Shown: piece after piece, positions 7,433-17,851 of the stretch
Layout of the letters: each line of letters begins with the position of its first letter
Numbering within the stretch: position 1 is the stretch's first letter
IMG/VR virus record: IMGVR_UViG_3300036790_000551
Coordinates: 1 to 64,000 of that record
Direction: 5' to 3' (one strand)
Length of the DNA: 64,000 bases
Origin: a virus
Notes under the pieces: generated by a model
Told to the model about the DNA's origin: nothing
The model's database searches: none
What the model saw: only the letters and a program-made list of their open reading frames with translations
Position numbers and translations under genes: made by a program

Positions 7433-10400
7433 GTGGCGGGTTATAAGTCAGATTTCGCGGGCAACGTCGACTACGCGTTCGGGGGTCGGACCCGCGACAT
7501 CGCGGGAAACCTAGAGCGGGGAGTCGCCAATGCGACCGCCGGCGCGGGCGGCCTCGCGGCCACGGTCAAACAGGCCGCGGCAGCGCGTCGCAGCATTAAG
7601 GACCTGACGACGGAGATGAACGCCTGGCAGCAGGCCCAGGCCCAGGTCGCGCAGGGGACGCCGCAGTGGGTGGCCCTGCAACAGAAGATTGACGGCGTGC
7701 GGAAGAGCATCGGTGGCCTCCAGAAGGACATGCGGCAGATGCCGTTCGACGTCCTCGAGAAGGGCTTCGGCAAACTAACGAAGGGCCTTATCGGCTTCAA
7801 CACCTCGCTGCTCGCGATTGGATTCGACTTCCTCATCGACTCCATTAAGCGCGTCTACGAACTACAGGAGCGTTGGACGAAGGCCGTCGGCGGCTTCAAC
7901 ATGAAGATTGGAGGCTCCACCGTCGGCCTCAAGTCCATGACTAAGGCCGCGGTCTCCCTCTCCGGTCAACTTCGCGGGTTGACCAACGGTGACATCGCCG
8001 ACGCCATCCAGGGCTTCGGTGAGTTCAACGACGCGCTGGGTAGCACGACGGACAAGGCCGTCAAGTTCGCCCAGACCAGCCTGCAACTCAGTCGAGGCTT
8101 CGACCTCGGTTGGTCGGGGGCGGGCAAGTTGGTGAAGGGCCTCTCCTCGATGGGTGACGGCGTCGGTGACGTCGATGAGACCATGAAGGACCTCGTGAAG
8201 GGGGCCAACGCCGCCGGCGTTTCCACGAACATGGTCGCCAAGGACGTCGAGGAGGCGTCCACGTACATGGTTCGGTTCGGTAAGGAGAACCAGAAGATGT
8301 TCGTGCAGGGCGCCGCGTACGCCCGGAAGTACGGCATCTCCATTGGAGAGGTCCAGAAGTCCGTCGAGGGCCTGGACATGTTCGATGAGGCCACGAAGAC
8401 CGCCGCAAAGTTAAACACCGTCTTCGGAACGATGATTAACTCCATGGACCTCATGATGGAGGACGACCCGGCCAAGCGCCTGGAGACGATTAGACAGCAG
8501 TTCCTGGCCCAGGGCGCCACCTACGACAAACTCACCCCGAAGCAGCGCCGGTTCCTCAGCGAGACCCTGCATCTGAACGAGGAGCAGACGGCGGCCCTCC
8601 TCGACCAGAAGAACGCCAACCAGAGTTACGCTGACTTCCAGGCCAAGGCCGCCGCGAAGGAGAAGGCGGAGATTTCCGCGAAGAAACTGATGCAGCAGCA
8701 ACTTCAGGCGACCTCCCAGACGATGTACGCCTTCGGTGCGGCCTTCGACCGCATCACCGTGGCCATCGCCAACGCCATCAAACCCCTGCTCAGGGTCTTC
8801 GGTCTGGCCAGCGACGGCAACAAGAAGTTCAAGAGTTTCGGGGAGGTCATGGCGTCGGTCACCACGACCGTCGAGTCTTTCTTCAACTCCCTGGCCAAGG
8901 ACCCGAAGTGGCAATCGTTCATGGAGGAACTCGGCCACGACCTCCAGCGCGCTGGGGCCGGCCTCAAGGAGTTCGTGATGGACGGCCGCGCCGCGCAACT
9001 CGTTGGCGACATCGCCTCCGGCATGCACAGTTTCTATAACACGGTTCGGGACCTGGCCATGAAGGCCGTTCCGTTCTTCAAGCCCGTCCTCGACGTCATC
9101 CTGACTCTCTCGAACCACATCGGTCTCCTGGCCACCGCGTGGGGCGGCCTGAAACTCTTCAACGGCCTGGGAGGAATAAACGGCCTCGGTGGAAAGGGAC
9201 TCTCCCTCCTCGGTAAGGGCATGGGCGCCCTCGGCGGCGGCTCGAAGTTGCTCGGCGCGGGCCGGTTGGGCTTCGCCGGCGCGGCGGGAGCGGCCGGCGC
9301 GGCCGTCGGAGGAACGGGCGCCGGCATCGGCTCGGGAGTCGGCGGCCTAATCGGCAGTTTCTTCGGACCGATTGGAATGGCCGCGGGTCCCATCCTCGGT
9401 GGCATCCTCGGTCACGCGATTGAGAGGGCGTTCTTCACCAAGGACAAGACCGCCGTCGAGCGCGCCCACGAGCAGACCCTTCAGACGATGGAGGAGGAGT
9501 CCAAGAAGAGGGAGCAACTCACGGGGGTCGTAGACATGGCGACCTCGCACCAGGAGATTACCGACCGGATTCACAACTCACAGGACCGAATCCTGCAGTC
9601 GATGCATGACTCGGCCATCAAGCAGACGGGACAGCAGTTGACCCTCAACTCGGATGAGGTCGACATGTTGAAGTCCCGACGTGACGAACTCGCTCGCTTC
9701 TCGAAGAGTTCCGAGGTGACCCGCAAACTCATCGACGGGCTGGGCGCCGGCAGCCAACTCAGCGCCTCCCAACTCCAAGACCTCCTGACGGCGGCCCAGG
9801 GGTCGACCGACAGCCTCACGAGGCTCCGCGACGTCGCTAAGCAGCAGGCCGACCTGGAGAGCGCCCAACTCGAGGTCAGCGGGCTCGGACTCAAGAAGGA
9901 GTCCATGGAGTCCACGCAGAAACTCCGCGATTTGCAGATTAAGCAGGCGGAGGCAGACCTCAAGCGAATGGGAGGTAGGGTCGACGTTCGCAACGAGGTC
10001 GGTTCCGACATCAAGGACCTCTATGGTGGCGGCGGCGCGAAGGCCGTCCTCCAGGCAATCAGCCGTCGCGCCGCCACCGGCGGCGTCGCCGTGGACTCGA
10101 AGGTCCTCCAACGCCTGGAGGCCGAGGCGAAACTCGACGACCTACGTGAGCAGAGCGAGAAGGGAGCCCAGGACCTCCAGCGGCTGCAGACCGACTTCGT
10201 TAAGCAGCAGACCATCATCACACTCAGGTCCGCGGTCCGTCAGGACGCGGACTTCCGAACTTTCGCGGGTTCCGCCGGTGAGAAAGACAAGTCACCCGAG
10301 CAACAGATGCTGGACTTCCTTAAGACTCCGGAGGGACTGGCGGCGGTCGGCGGCGAGGGCGGAGCCGCGCTGCTTCGCGAGGGTAACAACTTCGCGCCGG

Positions 10401-10633
10401 TCAGTCGCGCGCAGGCGCTCCCAAGCAACTCCGTGTTCAACACGTCGCCGTCGCCGTACGTGTCAAACCTCCCGCAGCAGACGAACTTCGCCGCTCCGAC
10501 GGGCGGCTCGGGACCGGCCTCACCCATCGTGGTGAACGTGAACACCCACATCGACGGCAAGCAGGTCGGCCGGTCGAGTTCGGTCGTCTCCGGCATGGCG
10601 CAGGGCCTCGTCTGGAACCCGGTTGGAATTTGA
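7433..10633 (+). CDS. tape measure protein
   Basis: 1066 aa, helical, Ala/Gly-rich with central hydrophobic Gly-rich segment; C-terminal VNVNTHIDGKQV; position after chaperones. Confidence 0.85.
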   Translation: MAGYKSDFAGNVDYAFGGRTRDIAGNLERGVANATAGAGGLAATVKQAAAARRSIKDLTTEMNAWQQAQAQVAQGTPQWVALQQKIDGVRKSIGGLQKDMRQMPFDVLEKGFGKLTKGLIGFNTSLLAIGFDFLIDSIKRVYELQERWTKAVGGFNMKIGGSTVGLKSMTKAAVSLSGQLRGLTNGDIADAIQGFGEFNDALGSTTDKAVKFAQTSLQLSRGFDLGWSGAGKLVKGLSSMGDGVGDVDETMKDLVKGANAAGVSTNMVAKDVEEASTYMVRFGKENQKMFVQGAAYARKYGISIGEVQKSVEGLDMFDEATKTAAKLNTVFGTMINSMDLMMEDDPAKRLETIRQQFLAQGATYDKLTPKQRRFLSETLHLNEEQTAALLDQKNANQSYADFQAKAAAKEKAEISAKKLMQQQLQATSQTMYAFGAAFDRITVAIANAIKPLLRVFGLASDGNKKFKSFGEVMASVTTTVESFFNSLAKDPKWQSFMEELGHDLQRAGAGLKEFVMDGRAAQLVGDIASGMHSFYNTVRDLAMKAVPFFKPVLDVILTLSNHIGLLATAWGGLKLFNGLGGINGLGGKGLSLLGKGMGALGGGSKLLGAGRLGFAGAAGAAGAAVGGTGAGIGSGVGGLIGSFFGPIGMAAGPILGGILGHAIERAFFTKDKTAVERAHEQTLQTMEEESKKREQLTGVVDMATSHQEITDRIHNSQDRILQSMHDSAIKQTGQQLTLNSDEVDMLKSRRDELARFSKSSEVTRKLIDGLGAGSQLSASQLQDLLTAAQGSTDSLTRLRDVAKQQADLESAQLEVSGLGLKKESMESTQKLRDLQIKQAEADLKRMGGRVDVRNEVGSDIKDLYGGGGAKAVLQAISRRAATGGVAVDSKVLQRLEAEAKLDDLREQSEKGAQDLQRLQTDFVKQQTIITLRSAVRQDADFRTFAGSAGEKDKSPEQQMLDFLKTPEGLAAVGGEGGAALLREGNNFAPVSRAQALPSNSVFNTSPSPYVSNLPQQTNFAAPTGGSGPASPIVVNVNTHIDGKQVGRSSSVVSGMAQGLVWNPVGI

Positions 10634-10644
10634 GGGCATAGGAC

Positions 10645-12720
10645 ATGGCCGACGAACCGAAAATCACGCCAGACGCACCTCCGGCCCAGCCGTTTAACGT
10701 TAGAGTGTCCCCCGACCCCCCTCCCGCGGTCCCGTTCGACGTGCCGAACTACCCGGACGGACCGCCGGCGCGGCCGTTCGACGTCAAGGTCACGCCCGAC
10801 GGACCGCCGCTGGTCCCGTTCGATGTCCCGACGAACCCAGACTCGCCTCCTGCGGCTCCGTTCAACGTCCCCACGCGTCCCGATGCGCCCCCGGTTTCGC
10901 CCCACCAGGTGCCGAACTACCCGGATGCGCCGCCCAGCGTCCCGTTCGATGTCCCGACGAACCCGGACGGTCCCCCTGGGGTTCCATACGACGTCCCCAC
11001 GACGCCGGACGGCCCTCCCGCGGTGCCCTATGACGTTCCGACGGCTCCGGACGGTCCCCCGGGGGTCCCGTTCAACGTCCCCACGTATCCCGACGGGCCG
11101 CCCAGCGTCCCGTTCGACGTTCTCACGACACCGGACGGACCCCCGGCCGTCCCCGTCGACGTCGCGGTCTCTCCCGACGCGCCGCCGGCGGCTCCGTTCG
11201 ACGTCCCGACCTATCCGGACCTGCCGGCGCTACAGATTCCAGGCCAAGCGGGTGACACGCCGACCGCGCAGGAGATTATCAACGCCGTCTCTAGGTTCGA
11301 TTCGAGCCTCGGTGGTCTCTTGAACGACCTGTTCAACTCGTCGCCGCTGTCGATTTCCACTCCGTACGTCGGGGCGCTCGACCCGGTGTTACTCGCTGAC
11401 TGGTTCGTCAACTATCAGCAGGCGGTTGGGTCGGCCGGAGTCGCGAAGTTCATCGCCGAGCAGTCCGTCCTGTACGCCATGAACCCGGTGGCCGGTAAGG
11501 TGTTCGACCCGGGGTACTTCATTGCGATGGCGATACCCGGGTCGATGGGAAACTACACGACGACCATCGACGTCGCCGCCGGCATCAACACCCAGACTGT
11601 TGCGTTGGCGGCGGACGCGGCCTTGACCCTTGAGGTGAGTTCCTCGCCGCTCGCTGGCGAGGACCTGAACACCTACGGGCCCCGCAACACGTTCAAGGAC
11701 GGCCAGGACTTCACCGTCGATGACCTCGTGGACGCGACGCTCTCTCCCGGCGGCGGAACCAGTGCCTCAAGTCGCTTCCTGAAGAGCGTTCCGGCGGCGG
11801 CGGGAATCGGTGGGAGCATCCAGCGCTTCGATGCCACGAAATACTTCCAAGACCGGGACCCCTCCGGCGGGTCGACGGTTAGGGGGACCGTCAAGGCCCT
11901 CGCCGCCTCGGGAGTCACGCAGGTCTTCAGCACGACCCTCGCCCGCTCGTCGTTCATCGACGGCGTCGTGCGCGTTCCGGTCGGTTCAGGGGAAACGGCC
12001 GACGGAACGGTGCGCACGACCTCCCAAGACCCGTCCGGAGTCGCCCAGGAAGAGGTCGACGACGACGACGCCCGCATCCCGCTGTGCTTCACAGACCTCC
12101 GCAAGGACCCTAAGACGAACTCGTATCGGTCGGTCTACTTTCGGCCGCTCAATCTCAACTTCAGTGAGGCGTTCGCCCCCGAATACAGCGAGGAGGGCGT
12201 CTTCGGACGGGTTGACCCCGTGATTGCCTATCGTCGCACGACTCGGACCGCGAACGTCTCCTTCGAGGTGCACGCCTTCGCGGTTGAGGACCTCCAGGTG
12301 ATGTACAACAAGATGGTCTGGCTCTCGTCGATGGTCTATCCGTCATACGGGTCGGACAGCCTCATTCAATCGGGTCCCGTGTGTCGGCTCCGCGTCGGCG
12401 ACGTCATCTCCAGTGACGAGGGCGGCATTCCGGGAGTGATTAAGAGCCTCAACTTCGATTACGGCGATGCCCTTTGGGAGTTGCGTAAGGGAATGAAGGT
12501 CCCCCGCTCGTTCAAGGTCTCCCTTGACTACACGTTCCTCCACGAGGGACCGGTCGGGCTCCTCAACGGCGTCTTCGGCGTCTTTCAGTTGCCTGGAACG
12601 ATGGACCAGAACACGAACCTGCTCGGGGGACCGACAGACAGCCGTGACGGCACCGTGCCAATCACGCAGAGCACGATGCTGCCGGGAAAGTTTCGCAGGT
12701 TCGGTGAGCCAAAGGGTTAA
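10645..12720 (+). CDS. baseplate or tube-initiator protein with N-terminal Pro-rich repeats
   Basis: C-terminal FSE.F...Y....VFGRVDP..AY..T.R...VSF...LSSMVYP.Y...P.CRLRVGD typical of contractile-tail tube initiators. Confidence 0.7.
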   Translation: MADEPKITPDAPPAQPFNVRVSPDPPPAVPFDVPNYPDGPPARPFDVKVTPDGPPLVPFDVPTNPDSPPAAPFNVPTRPDAPPVSPHQVPNYPDAPPSVPFDVPTNPDGPPGVPYDVPTTPDGPPAVPYDVPTAPDGPPGVPFNVPTYPDGPPSVPFDVLTTPDGPPAVPVDVAVSPDAPPAAPFDVPTYPDLPALQIPGQAGDTPTAQEIINAVSRFDSSLGGLLNDLFNSSPLSISTPYVGALDPVLLADWFVNYQQAVGSAGVAKFIAEQSVLYAMNPVAGKVFDPGYFIAMAIPGSMGNYTTTIDVAAGINTQTVALAADAALTLEVSSSPLAGEDLNTYGPRNTFKDGQDFTVDDLVDATLSPGGGTSASSRFLKSVPAAAGIGGSIQRFDATKYFQDRDPSGGSTVRGTVKALAASGVTQVFSTTLARSSFIDGVVRVPVGSGETADGTVRTTSQDPSGVAQEEVDDDDARIPLCFTDLRKDPKTNSYRSVYFRPLNLNFSEAFAPEYSEEGVFGRVDPVIAYRRTTRTANVSFEVHAFAVEDLQVMYNKMVWLSSMVYPSYGSDSLIQSGPVCRLRVGDVISSDEGGIPGVIKSLNFDYGDALWELRKGMKVPRSFKVSLDYTFLHEGPVGLLNGVFGVFQLPGTMDQNTNLLGGPTDSRDGTVPITQSTMLPGKFRRFGEPKG
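10666..11211 (+). repeat. 13 x 42-bp (14-aa) coding tandem repeat xPDGPPxVPFDVPT
   Basis: counted in the translation. Confidence 0.9.
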
Positions 12721-12723
12721 GCC

Positions 12724-13026
12724 ATGGGTAAGAGCAGGTACACGAACACCGAGGTCATCGACGGGAACCACTACGGGACCTGGACCGACCCGACAGCGGG
12801 AAACCCGTTGGGACCCGACATCCTGGACGGCGTGGAGACCGTGGACCACATCCTCGTCGCCGGAGAGCGTCTCGACTCGCTCGCGTACCAGTACTACGGA
12901 GACTCTGAGTACTGGTGGGTGATTGCGCTCGCCAATCGCATCATGGACCCGTTCGCTTTGACCCCGGGAACCCGGCTTCGCATTCCGTCGAACGCGAACT
13001 CCATCGTTAACCAAGTGACTCGCTGA
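12724..13026 (+). CDS. LysM-like baseplate wedge protein (gp53/tail X-like)
   Basis: GERLDSLAYQYYGDSEYWWVIALANRI.DP..L.PG..LRIP. Confidence 0.85.
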   Translation: MGKSRYTNTEVIDGNHYGTWTDPTAGNPLGPDILDGVETVDHILVAGERLDSLAYQYYGDSEYWWVIALANRIMDPFALTPGTRLRIPSNANSIVNQVTR

Positions 13027-14685
13027 ATGCCGTTCCAAACCGGACCAAACATTCGCCCGTTCGAGTCGTTCTCACAGGACGCCATTGAACTCCTTGAGTC
13101 GATAACGCCTATTCAGAAGGCCTCGGCGGTTCCGCGCATAGTCATCACCAAGATAGACTTTCGCACCGGTCGACCCGACACCAGCGTACGGCCGATGATG
13201 TTCGACCTGACGCAGACCCCGCAATTCGGCGCGCTCGACAGCCAGGACACGTTCGCAGAGAGAGCCAGCGTCTCCCTCATGTCCCTGGAGGTCATTTCGG
13301 AACTCCTGTACGGACCGACCGTTCTCAAGCACGTGAACCTGAAGTTCGTGGTCCACCGGCCCGACATCGTCTTCGTGAAGGACAGTCCAATCGCCTGGCG
13401 ACAGATTCTGGAAGAGAACAACTCGTTCTCCCTCCAGTACGGGTGGACAGCGGACCCAACCGTCTGCGACAATCCGCTCATGAACGGACAGGGGTACACC
13501 GCTGACAACGGCTACACGGTGAAGTCCGAGGAGACCGTCCTCTTAATCGTGGCTCGCTGGAACGTTCATCTCCGCCCGACGGGTGAGGTCGACGTCAACA
13601 TCGAGGCGTATGAGAACGGTGACATCGCACTCCGTGAGAGTCGATTCGCTGACGCCGCTGAGGCAGTCGTCGGCCGGCAGTCGAGCGACGATAACGCCGC
13701 GAAGTCCCTCTTCAACCTCCTGCAATCCGTTCCCATGGTGAAGGTCATCGGCCGCGGTAACATGGTTAGGCTCGGTGACGTGATGGACACCGTCATGGCT
13801 CCCATGATTGCGGCCGTGACCCGCGCCTACGGCTACGTGGGGGTCAACCTCTTCCTGGCGAACTTCAATGAGTCCGCTGGAAGCCAGTCCCAGGCATGGG
13901 GAGGTCGGTACATGGGCGGCGTGACCTCCCTGGCGGACTTCCTGATTCCCGTCTCGGCCCTTAAGGAACTGATGACGGAACACCTAGCGTCGGGCCGCGC
14001 GATGCTTCTCATCAACTTCTTCAACACGGTCATTACGACCATGAATCGACCGGAGGCCTGGGCCGCATCGAACACCGCTCTTCGGCCACACATCGGTGCT
14101 CGATGGGAGACCACGCAGGACGCCTCCGGTGCCTCGACCCTGTCGGGAGTCGTCTTCGACCGCAACTCGCTCGACGACGCGGTGAAGCGACTCACGGCGC
14201 TGCCGGCTGAGCAACAGAGCAAGGACGCGGTGATGCAGAAACTGCGCGGGGCCAACGTTCCCGTCATCGAGTTCGGTCGCGCCGGCTCGATGGTTCTTGA
14301 CGCGGCCTTCGAGATGCAGCCGCATCCCCTCATCCAGTCCATTCAGATTGAGACGGCCGAGCGCTCCCGAAAGGATAGGGGTCAGACGGCGGCCACACCC
14401 GACGTCGAGAGCCGGAAGGGGCAGGCCGCGCCGCATGACATCGTACCCGCGTCCATTCTTGAGGGTGACCTCACCCTCGTTGGAAACTTCGTTTTCGATG
14501 CCTTTCGTCGGCTCTGGATTGAGTTCTACGGAGCCAGCAGCATCAGCGGCATCTTCAACGTCATGACGAAGACCGACCGAATCGAGGCCGGAGTGTTCAC
14601 CTCCGCCTTGCATCTCGTTAGCGACGGCGCCGACCCGCTTGGCACCCGCCAGCGTCCCGGCTTCGACCCGACCGCGAAGCCGTAA
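13027..14685 (+). CDS. putative baseplate hub protein
   Basis: LQYGW motif; C-terminal GDLTLVGN...SGIFNV...TDRIEAG.FTS; position in the tail module. Confidence 0.6.
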   Translation: MPFQTGPNIRPFESFSQDAIELLESITPIQKASAVPRIVITKIDFRTGRPDTSVRPMMFDLTQTPQFGALDSQDTFAERASVSLMSLEVISELLYGPTVLKHVNLKFVVHRPDIVFVKDSPIAWRQILEENNSFSLQYGWTADPTVCDNPLMNGQGYTADNGYTVKSEETVLLIVARWNVHLRPTGEVDVNIEAYENGDIALRESRFADAAEAVVGRQSSDDNAAKSLFNLLQSVPMVKVIGRGNMVRLGDVMDTVMAPMIAAVTRAYGYVGVNLFLANFNESAGSQSQAWGGRYMGGVTSLADFLIPVSALKELMTEHLASGRAMLLINFFNTVITTMNRPEAWAASNTALRPHIGARWETTQDASGASTLSGVVFDRNSLDDAVKRLTALPAEQQSKDAVMQKLRGANVPVIEFGRAGSMVLDAAFEMQPHPLIQSIQIETAERSRKDRGQTAATPDVESRKGQAAPHDIVPASILEGDLTLVGNFVFDAFRRLWIEFYGASSISGIFNVMTKTDRIEAGVFTSALHLVSDGADPLGTRQRPGFDPTAKP

Positions 14686-14721
14686 GCCGTCATCGACCGG
14701 TGGCTGAGGTATGATTGGCGT

Positions 14722-14955
14722 ATGGGTCTCTACCTCGAATATCGTGACCGCCAGGGGGTCGTTAGGAACCGCTCCCGCTTCTTCGACGGACTGGTGACAT
14801 GGACCCTCGACTGTCCCGACGAGGAGCGGTGGACTCACGAACGGGTCCGCGAACTCGTTAGGCCGTCGGCCCATCTTCCCATTGAGCAACGGGAGTGGGC
14901 CCTCCGCGTCGTTCCTGACGAATGGGACGACGGCGAGTGGCGGCGGACTTCCTGA
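14722..14955 (+). CDS. hypothetical protein, in frame with the downstream PolA-like ORF
   Basis: ATG 6 nt after TATGAT; its TGA directly abuts an in-frame GTG. Confidence 0.45.
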   Translation: MGLYLEYRDRQGVVRNRSRFFDGLVTWTLDCPDEERWTHERVRELVRPSAHLPIEQREWALRVVPDEWDDGEWRRTS

Positions 14956-15987
14956 GTGCAACTCGACGGCTGGATTCACCACAGCGTGGCCGATGACTTC
15001 GGTCCGCTGCTCAAGTTGGCCCTGACCGGCAGTCGGCCGCTCGCCTGCCTCGGTCCGGTCTATGAGACCGACCCGGCCCATGAACTTCTGGAACCCTTTC
15101 GGAGGTCGGCTCGGGAGTCCGGCCATCCGTGGACCTCGGAGGAGGAAATGATACCCCCTCAGACGCTCCTGCAGGCCCGAGAACTTAGGCTAGCGGAGTC
15201 CCGGGTTCGGGTTCCCTTTCTCGACTGGGATAAGGCCGTGGAGTGGACCCGTGCCGGCCTGGTTCTTGAGGTTTGTCGACGCCGCGGAGTCCGAGTCCGC
15301 GGCCACGGGACCGTCCATGTGCCCTGGAGACTCAAGGGAACCGTGACCGGTCGCTTCGGGGTTGAACCCGTGCGAATCTCGGGTGACCGGTTGTTCAATC
15401 CGATGATTATACCGACCGACGACCGCTGGACGGTTGTCCCGAGCGCTCCCGGTCGGTCAATCGTCGTGCTTGACTTCATGGCGATGGACCTGTGTTCCCT
15501 CGTGTCCCTGTTGCCTGGGCTCTACGAGCGACTAAAGGGGAACTTCTTTAGTGGGATAAGAATCAGTCACGGGGTGATTGCCGACCACCTAAACGTGGAG
15601 GCGGACGTCGCTAAGCGGGAACTCTTCGTCCACGCCTACGGCGGCCGCTCCCCGCTCGCCGCTGAGTTCGACAGGCATTTCCCTGAGATTTCCGAGGCCC
15701 GTCGTTCACTGGACCACGGTGACATGGCTCGAGTCGTGCAGGAGACGTCAGCCATCGCCTTTCGAGCGGCCCTCTCGCGAGCGCTTCCCCTCCTTCTCGG
15801 CGACGATGTGATGCCTATGTTCACCGTGCACGACGAACTCGTCCTTGACGTTGGACCGGACACCGACCCTGCGATACTCAAACTCTGTTGCGAACTCGAG
15901 GACGGGGCCACGGAGCGCATCGGTGTTCCGTACGGAGTCCGCTGCTCGAGCGGTTCGTCGTACGCGGAGGCGAAGAGGAAACCATGA
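14956..15987 (+). CDS. family A DNA polymerase-like protein (short, polymerase domain only)
   Basis: GTVTGRF; motif A VLDFMAMD; motif B AKRELF..AYG; VQETSA; motif C TVHDELV. Confidence 0.75.
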   Translation: MQLDGWIHHSVADDFGPLLKLALTGSRPLACLGPVYETDPAHELLEPFRRSARESGHPWTSEEEMIPPQTLLQARELRLAESRVRVPFLDWDKAVEWTRAGLVLEVCRRRGVRVRGHGTVHVPWRLKGTVTGRFGVEPVRISGDRLFNPMIIPTDDRWTVVPSAPGRSIVVLDFMAMDLCSLVSLLPGLYERLKGNFFSGIRISHGVIADHLNVEADVAKRELFVHAYGGRSPLAAEFDRHFPEISEARRSLDHGDMARVVQETSAIAFRAALSRALPLLLGDDVMPMFTVHDELVLDVGPDTDPAILKLCCELEDGATERIGVPYGVRCSSGSSYAEAKRKP

Positions 15988-16265
15988 GTTGTCCGAACTG
16001 CGGAGCACGCATGATTCCGTTGCTAACGAGCCTCGTCTGCGCCAACGAATGCGACCGCACCGTCGTTGGGGCCCCTCCGACCGCCGCGGCGCTTGAGTCC
16101 GCGCTCGACTTCGATGCCGAGGAAATCACCCTTGACCTCTGGGTGACCAATCCGTCGTCCCCGACGCCGACGATGTGTGACAAGTGCGGCTCCACGAACG
16201 TGGGACCGTTCGACGTCATGGGTATCCCCCGTACGCATTGCATTCCGTGCGGGCACGTGTGGTGA
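15984..16265 (+). CDS. Zn-ribbon protein
   Basis: CPNC, CANEC, CDKC, CIPC. Confidence 0.5.
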   Translation: MSCPNCGARMIPLLTSLVCANECDRTVVGAPPTAAALESALDFDAEEITLDLWVTNPSSPTPTMCDKCGSTNVGPFDVMGIPRTHCIPCGHVW

Positions 16266-16277
16266 TAGGATTCCGCA

Positions 16278-16496
16278 ATGGCTAAGGCAACCATCACAAT
16301 CACTGACGAGGACGGCGGCGTCGTTCACGTCAGCGCAGAGTTCGAACCCGAAATCAATGCGGACGCGGGAACCCCCGCGCAACACGCCACCATGGACGCC
16401 CTGCGATTCATGCAGGCGAATGCCCAGGGCTTGCTCGAGGAATTATTCGAGGAGTTGCTTGACGAGATTGAGGAGTCCGATGACCAAGCAGAGTGA
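16278..16496 (+). CDS. hypothetical protein
   Basis: ATG 6 nt after TAGGAT. Confidence 0.5.
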   Translation: MAKATITITDEDGGVVHVSAEFEPEINADAGTPAQHATMDALRFMQANAQGLLEELFEELLDEIEESDDQAE

Positions 16497-17118
16497 AAGC
16501 GACGACGCTTACTGGAAACAGGGTGAACTCATGCTCGCCCAGATGATTGTCGAGATGGATTCCATCATCGGTCTTTTCCCCGAGGAGAAGCGGAAGTGCG
16601 TTAGCACCATGATGGAGGGCCCAATCGGAGAGCAGTTCGTCATGGCCCCGGCCTCGACCCGGCGACACTACCACAACGCGTTCCCCTGCGGCCTCCTGGC
16701 CCACTCGCTCGGTGTTGTCAAGAACGCCCTAAGGCTGTCGAAGGCCCTCTGGCCCGGCCGCTGGCCGACCTGGAAGGTCGCCTTCGTGGCCCTCTTCCAT
16801 GACCTCGGAAAGGCCGGGGCGCCCGGCAAGCCGTTCTACGTCCTCACTAAGGAGGAATGGAAGCGGAAGAAGGGCGAGCACTGGGAGGTCTCCAAGGACG
16901 AGTACATGCCGAACCCAGAGCGGGCCATATTCACCCTCCTCAGCCACGGCGTGTCCTTGGACTATGAGGAGTACCAAGCCATTCGTCTGAACGACGGTGC
17001 TGCGGCGGAGGGGAACAAGGACTTCGCCTTCAAGGAGAACCCGCTCTCTCTCATCGTGCACTGGGCTGACCACGCTACGATGATGGACGAGAAGGACGCG
17101 GAGCGAGAGTCCGAGTAG
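16480..17118 (+). CDS. HD-domain phosphohydrolase (YhaM-like)
   Basis: APAS..HYHNAF..GLLAHSL.V, FHDLGK, IVHWAD. Confidence 0.85.
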   Translation: MTKQSESDDAYWKQGELMLAQMIVEMDSIIGLFPEEKRKCVSTMMEGPIGEQFVMAPASTRRHYHNAFPCGLLAHSLGVVKNALRLSKALWPGRWPTWKVAFVALFHDLGKAGAPGKPFYVLTKEEWKRKKGEHWEVSKDEYMPNPERAIFTLLSHGVSLDYEEYQAIRLNDGAAAEGNKDFAFKENPLSLIVHWADHATMMDEKDAERESE

Positions 17119-17276
17119 GTCAACGGAGCCAGTTGCTCGTCCGGTTCGAGTTAATCGTTCTATTGATAGTTGCGGTTTGGGCCTTCACGCCTCGTCGCAA
17201 CAGTGGGCCTTAGAGCCGCCCCGGTGCCACCGCCGCTAGTTAAGCGGATGAGCCGCATGATTCCGGGAGTTAAGCC

Positions 17277-17837
17277 GTGAGAATCACACGACAAGAGTTG
17301 GCTGAGATGGTCGTGACTGAGGTCCGCCGTCGCCTCCATGAGTTGCACGAGGCCGAGTCCGGGTCAGACAAGCCCAAGAGGAAGAACAGGAAGCCGTCGA
17401 CGAACTCCGCCGACGAGGACCCCGTCCGCAAGGGACCGGGGGTCTCCGGTCCGCAGCCGTCGGGCGACGACGACGACACCGGGCCGAACACCCCGGACCC
17501 CTCCACTCCCGCCGTGGACCAGGACAAGGACCCCGGCGAACCCAGCGTCGACGGCGACCAACCCGACCCGGACGCCGAGGAGCAGGAGGACCAGGACCAG
17601 GACGACGCGGTGGACGCGGACGGCGACAACGGTGAGGAGCCCTCCGGAGCCGTCAATGACTTCGCCAGCGGGAAGACCGTGCAGGCGATAACGATTGAGC
17701 CTGAGAGTTCCATCCTGCCGGGTGCCAAGGAGGTCGTGCTCACGTTTAACGAGACGACGGATTCCATTCGCATACTTGTGACTCCCACCGGCCAAGTGAA
17801 GTTCTTTGCACAGGGTCAGTTGCACGACCTGCCGTGA
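17277..17837 (+). CDS. acidic putative internal head protein
   Basis: MRITRQELAEMVVTEV...LHELHEAE N-terminus with L/V-x-E sites; CTAGTTAA upstream. Confidence 0.55.
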   Translation: MRITRQELAEMVVTEVRRRLHELHEAESGSDKPKRKNRKPSTNSADEDPVRKGPGVSGPQPSGDDDDTGPNTPDPSTPAVDQDKDPGEPSVDGDQPDPDAEEQEDQDQDDAVDADGDNGEEPSGAVNDFASGKTVQAITIEPESSILPGAKEVVLTFNETTDSIRILVTPTGQVKFFAQGQLHDLP

Positions 17838-17851
17838 GGGAGTAGAAGCGC

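Noticed and set aside
10666-11211. Possible CRISPR array
   Set aside because: Degenerate in-frame coding repeat without unique spacers; no CRISPR array seen in the window
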